From the NCBI RefSeq assembly GCF_964204645.1, contig NC_134028.1:8680001-8744000 (forward strand): a stretch of 64,000 bases of DNA, read 5' to 3'. The DNA is from Tubulanus polymorphus (Eukaryota; Animalia; Nemertea). Of the stretch, positions 62,826 through 64,000 are shown piece after piece. The notes beneath the pieces are model-generated. The model made no database searches. It was not told where the DNA came from and saw only the letters and a program-made list of their open reading frames with translations. The stretch's first letter is position 1, and each line of letters starts with the position of its first letter. The translations under genes and the position numbers were made by a program.

Positions 62826-63941
62826 TTAGTCCAATATGTTGTTTTCTAACTCGTCACCAATAACTACTCCTCCCAATGATCGCAACAACAAAGGAACTCT
62901 TCCTCTTCTTTCCTTTTTCTCTTGTTTCTTCAGATTTTTCTTCGAGTAAGAGTCGTGTTGTTGTTGAGTAGAAGGTTTACACGCAGACTTTTTCGGTAAT
63001 TTCAGATTTATGTTGTGTTCGGCGCATTCTCGCATATAAAACTTCACGATGGCGCATTCGCAGTTTTTACCCAAAGGACATTCGCAAACGTTATCGGTAC
63101 AAGCCCTGTAAGATATATATAATGTATTAGTTATAAGTCTCTCTCCATTTCATCGCAGTTTCCATAACTTTGCTCATATAAGGAAGGCAGAAAAATGTAA
63201 CATAACACGAGATATTTACCTGAGGAAAGGTTTGACGGGAACTTTCTTGTGGCATTTCTTGAACGATGGACTCTTGAGGATATCACATTTCTGATGAGCG
63301 CGAACTCTCTGATCGTTTGTTTGACACGATGACTTTTTACTGTTGAACGGTTCATCGCAGTTGCATTTACCGCCGACTCGCCAAGACTTAGCGAAAACCT
63401 CCGCGTCTGAGACGATTTCTCGCTTCGCTTTCGTTCGAGTATCGTCTTGAACGACCTGATTGAAATTACCGCAAAGACCGCCTAATTTATCCTGCCAACT
63501 CGGTGTAACGTAAACGTCGATATCTCCTTGTTTACTCCACGTTAACTTAAACCCGTTTATCACATTCACTACAACCGTCGCGTTTTTAACGATTTCTATA
63601 GTGAAGTTTTCGTGTTTGTACGGAACACGGATTTTACTACGATTTACTCTGATATCGAGATCTCTGTGTAGTCCGATAGATAATGAAGACACGATGATTG
63701 TGACTAGTTTCGTTCTCACTGTCGGGTACGGGTGGAACTCGTTTTTGACGCGGATGTTTATCTGACGATCGGCGACATCTTGAAGCAAAGTGTAGCGACA
63801 AGTTCCACCGAATTTGAAATTGAACCCGTCAAACGATGCGTACGACAAATAATCCTTGTTCGAACCAGTGAGGGAACAAACGCTGTGAGCTGGTACACAT
63901 AACGCGCAGCATTCTCCTTGCGGTCTGTATAAAATGGATTT
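62826..63941 (-). CDS. BMPER: BMPER/crossveinless-2-like, copy 2; last two exons (63220-63941, 62826-63105); the gene continues beyond the window
   Basis: Exon lengths (722 and 280 bp) and splice sites are identical to copy 1; frame intact. Confidence 0.9.
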
Positions 63942-64000
63942 CTGAAAATATATCAGAAATGACGTATCAATAAATGGTATTTGGTTCATAAATTTAGGTG

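Larger units (their letters stand above)
58320..64000 (-). repeat. Right arm of a large inverted duplication (left arm ~40600-45070)
   Basis: The reverse complement reproduces, in order, BMPER exons, 3' UTR, intergenic blocks, GPCR and the GPCR upstream region. Confidence 0.92.

Overview
AT-rich, intron- and repeat-rich animal DNA, probably from a marine invertebrate (spiralian-like; the species cannot be fixed from sequence). No prokaryotic features are present. Contents in order: (1) the 3' part of an SGSM3/RUTBC3 gene (TBC-SH3-RUN, + strand, 7693-24802) with two homologous alternative terminal exons (20040-20175 and 24670-24802); (2) a small two-exon gene (32676-36217) for a secreted, very basic 152-aa protein with a stand-alone anaphylatoxin-like cysteine pattern; (3) a BMPER/crossveinless-2-like gene (+, 39414-41768) lacking the GDPH autocleavage motif and any visible 5' exons of its own; (4) a large inverted duplication (arms ~40.6-45.1 kb and ~58.3-64 kb), each arm carrying BMPER-like plus an intronless rhodopsin-type GPCR, with a sequence pattern suggesting gene conversion; (5) in the spacer, a third copy of that GPCR, an unrelated peptide-receptor-like GPCR, a TM + mucin stalk + NHL-repeat gene and LINE debris. 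Many MITE-like elements, micro/minisatellites and Penelope-type hammerhead-like motifs are scattered throughout. All exon structures were read by eye from GT-AG sites and frame continuity; none is transcript-confirmed.
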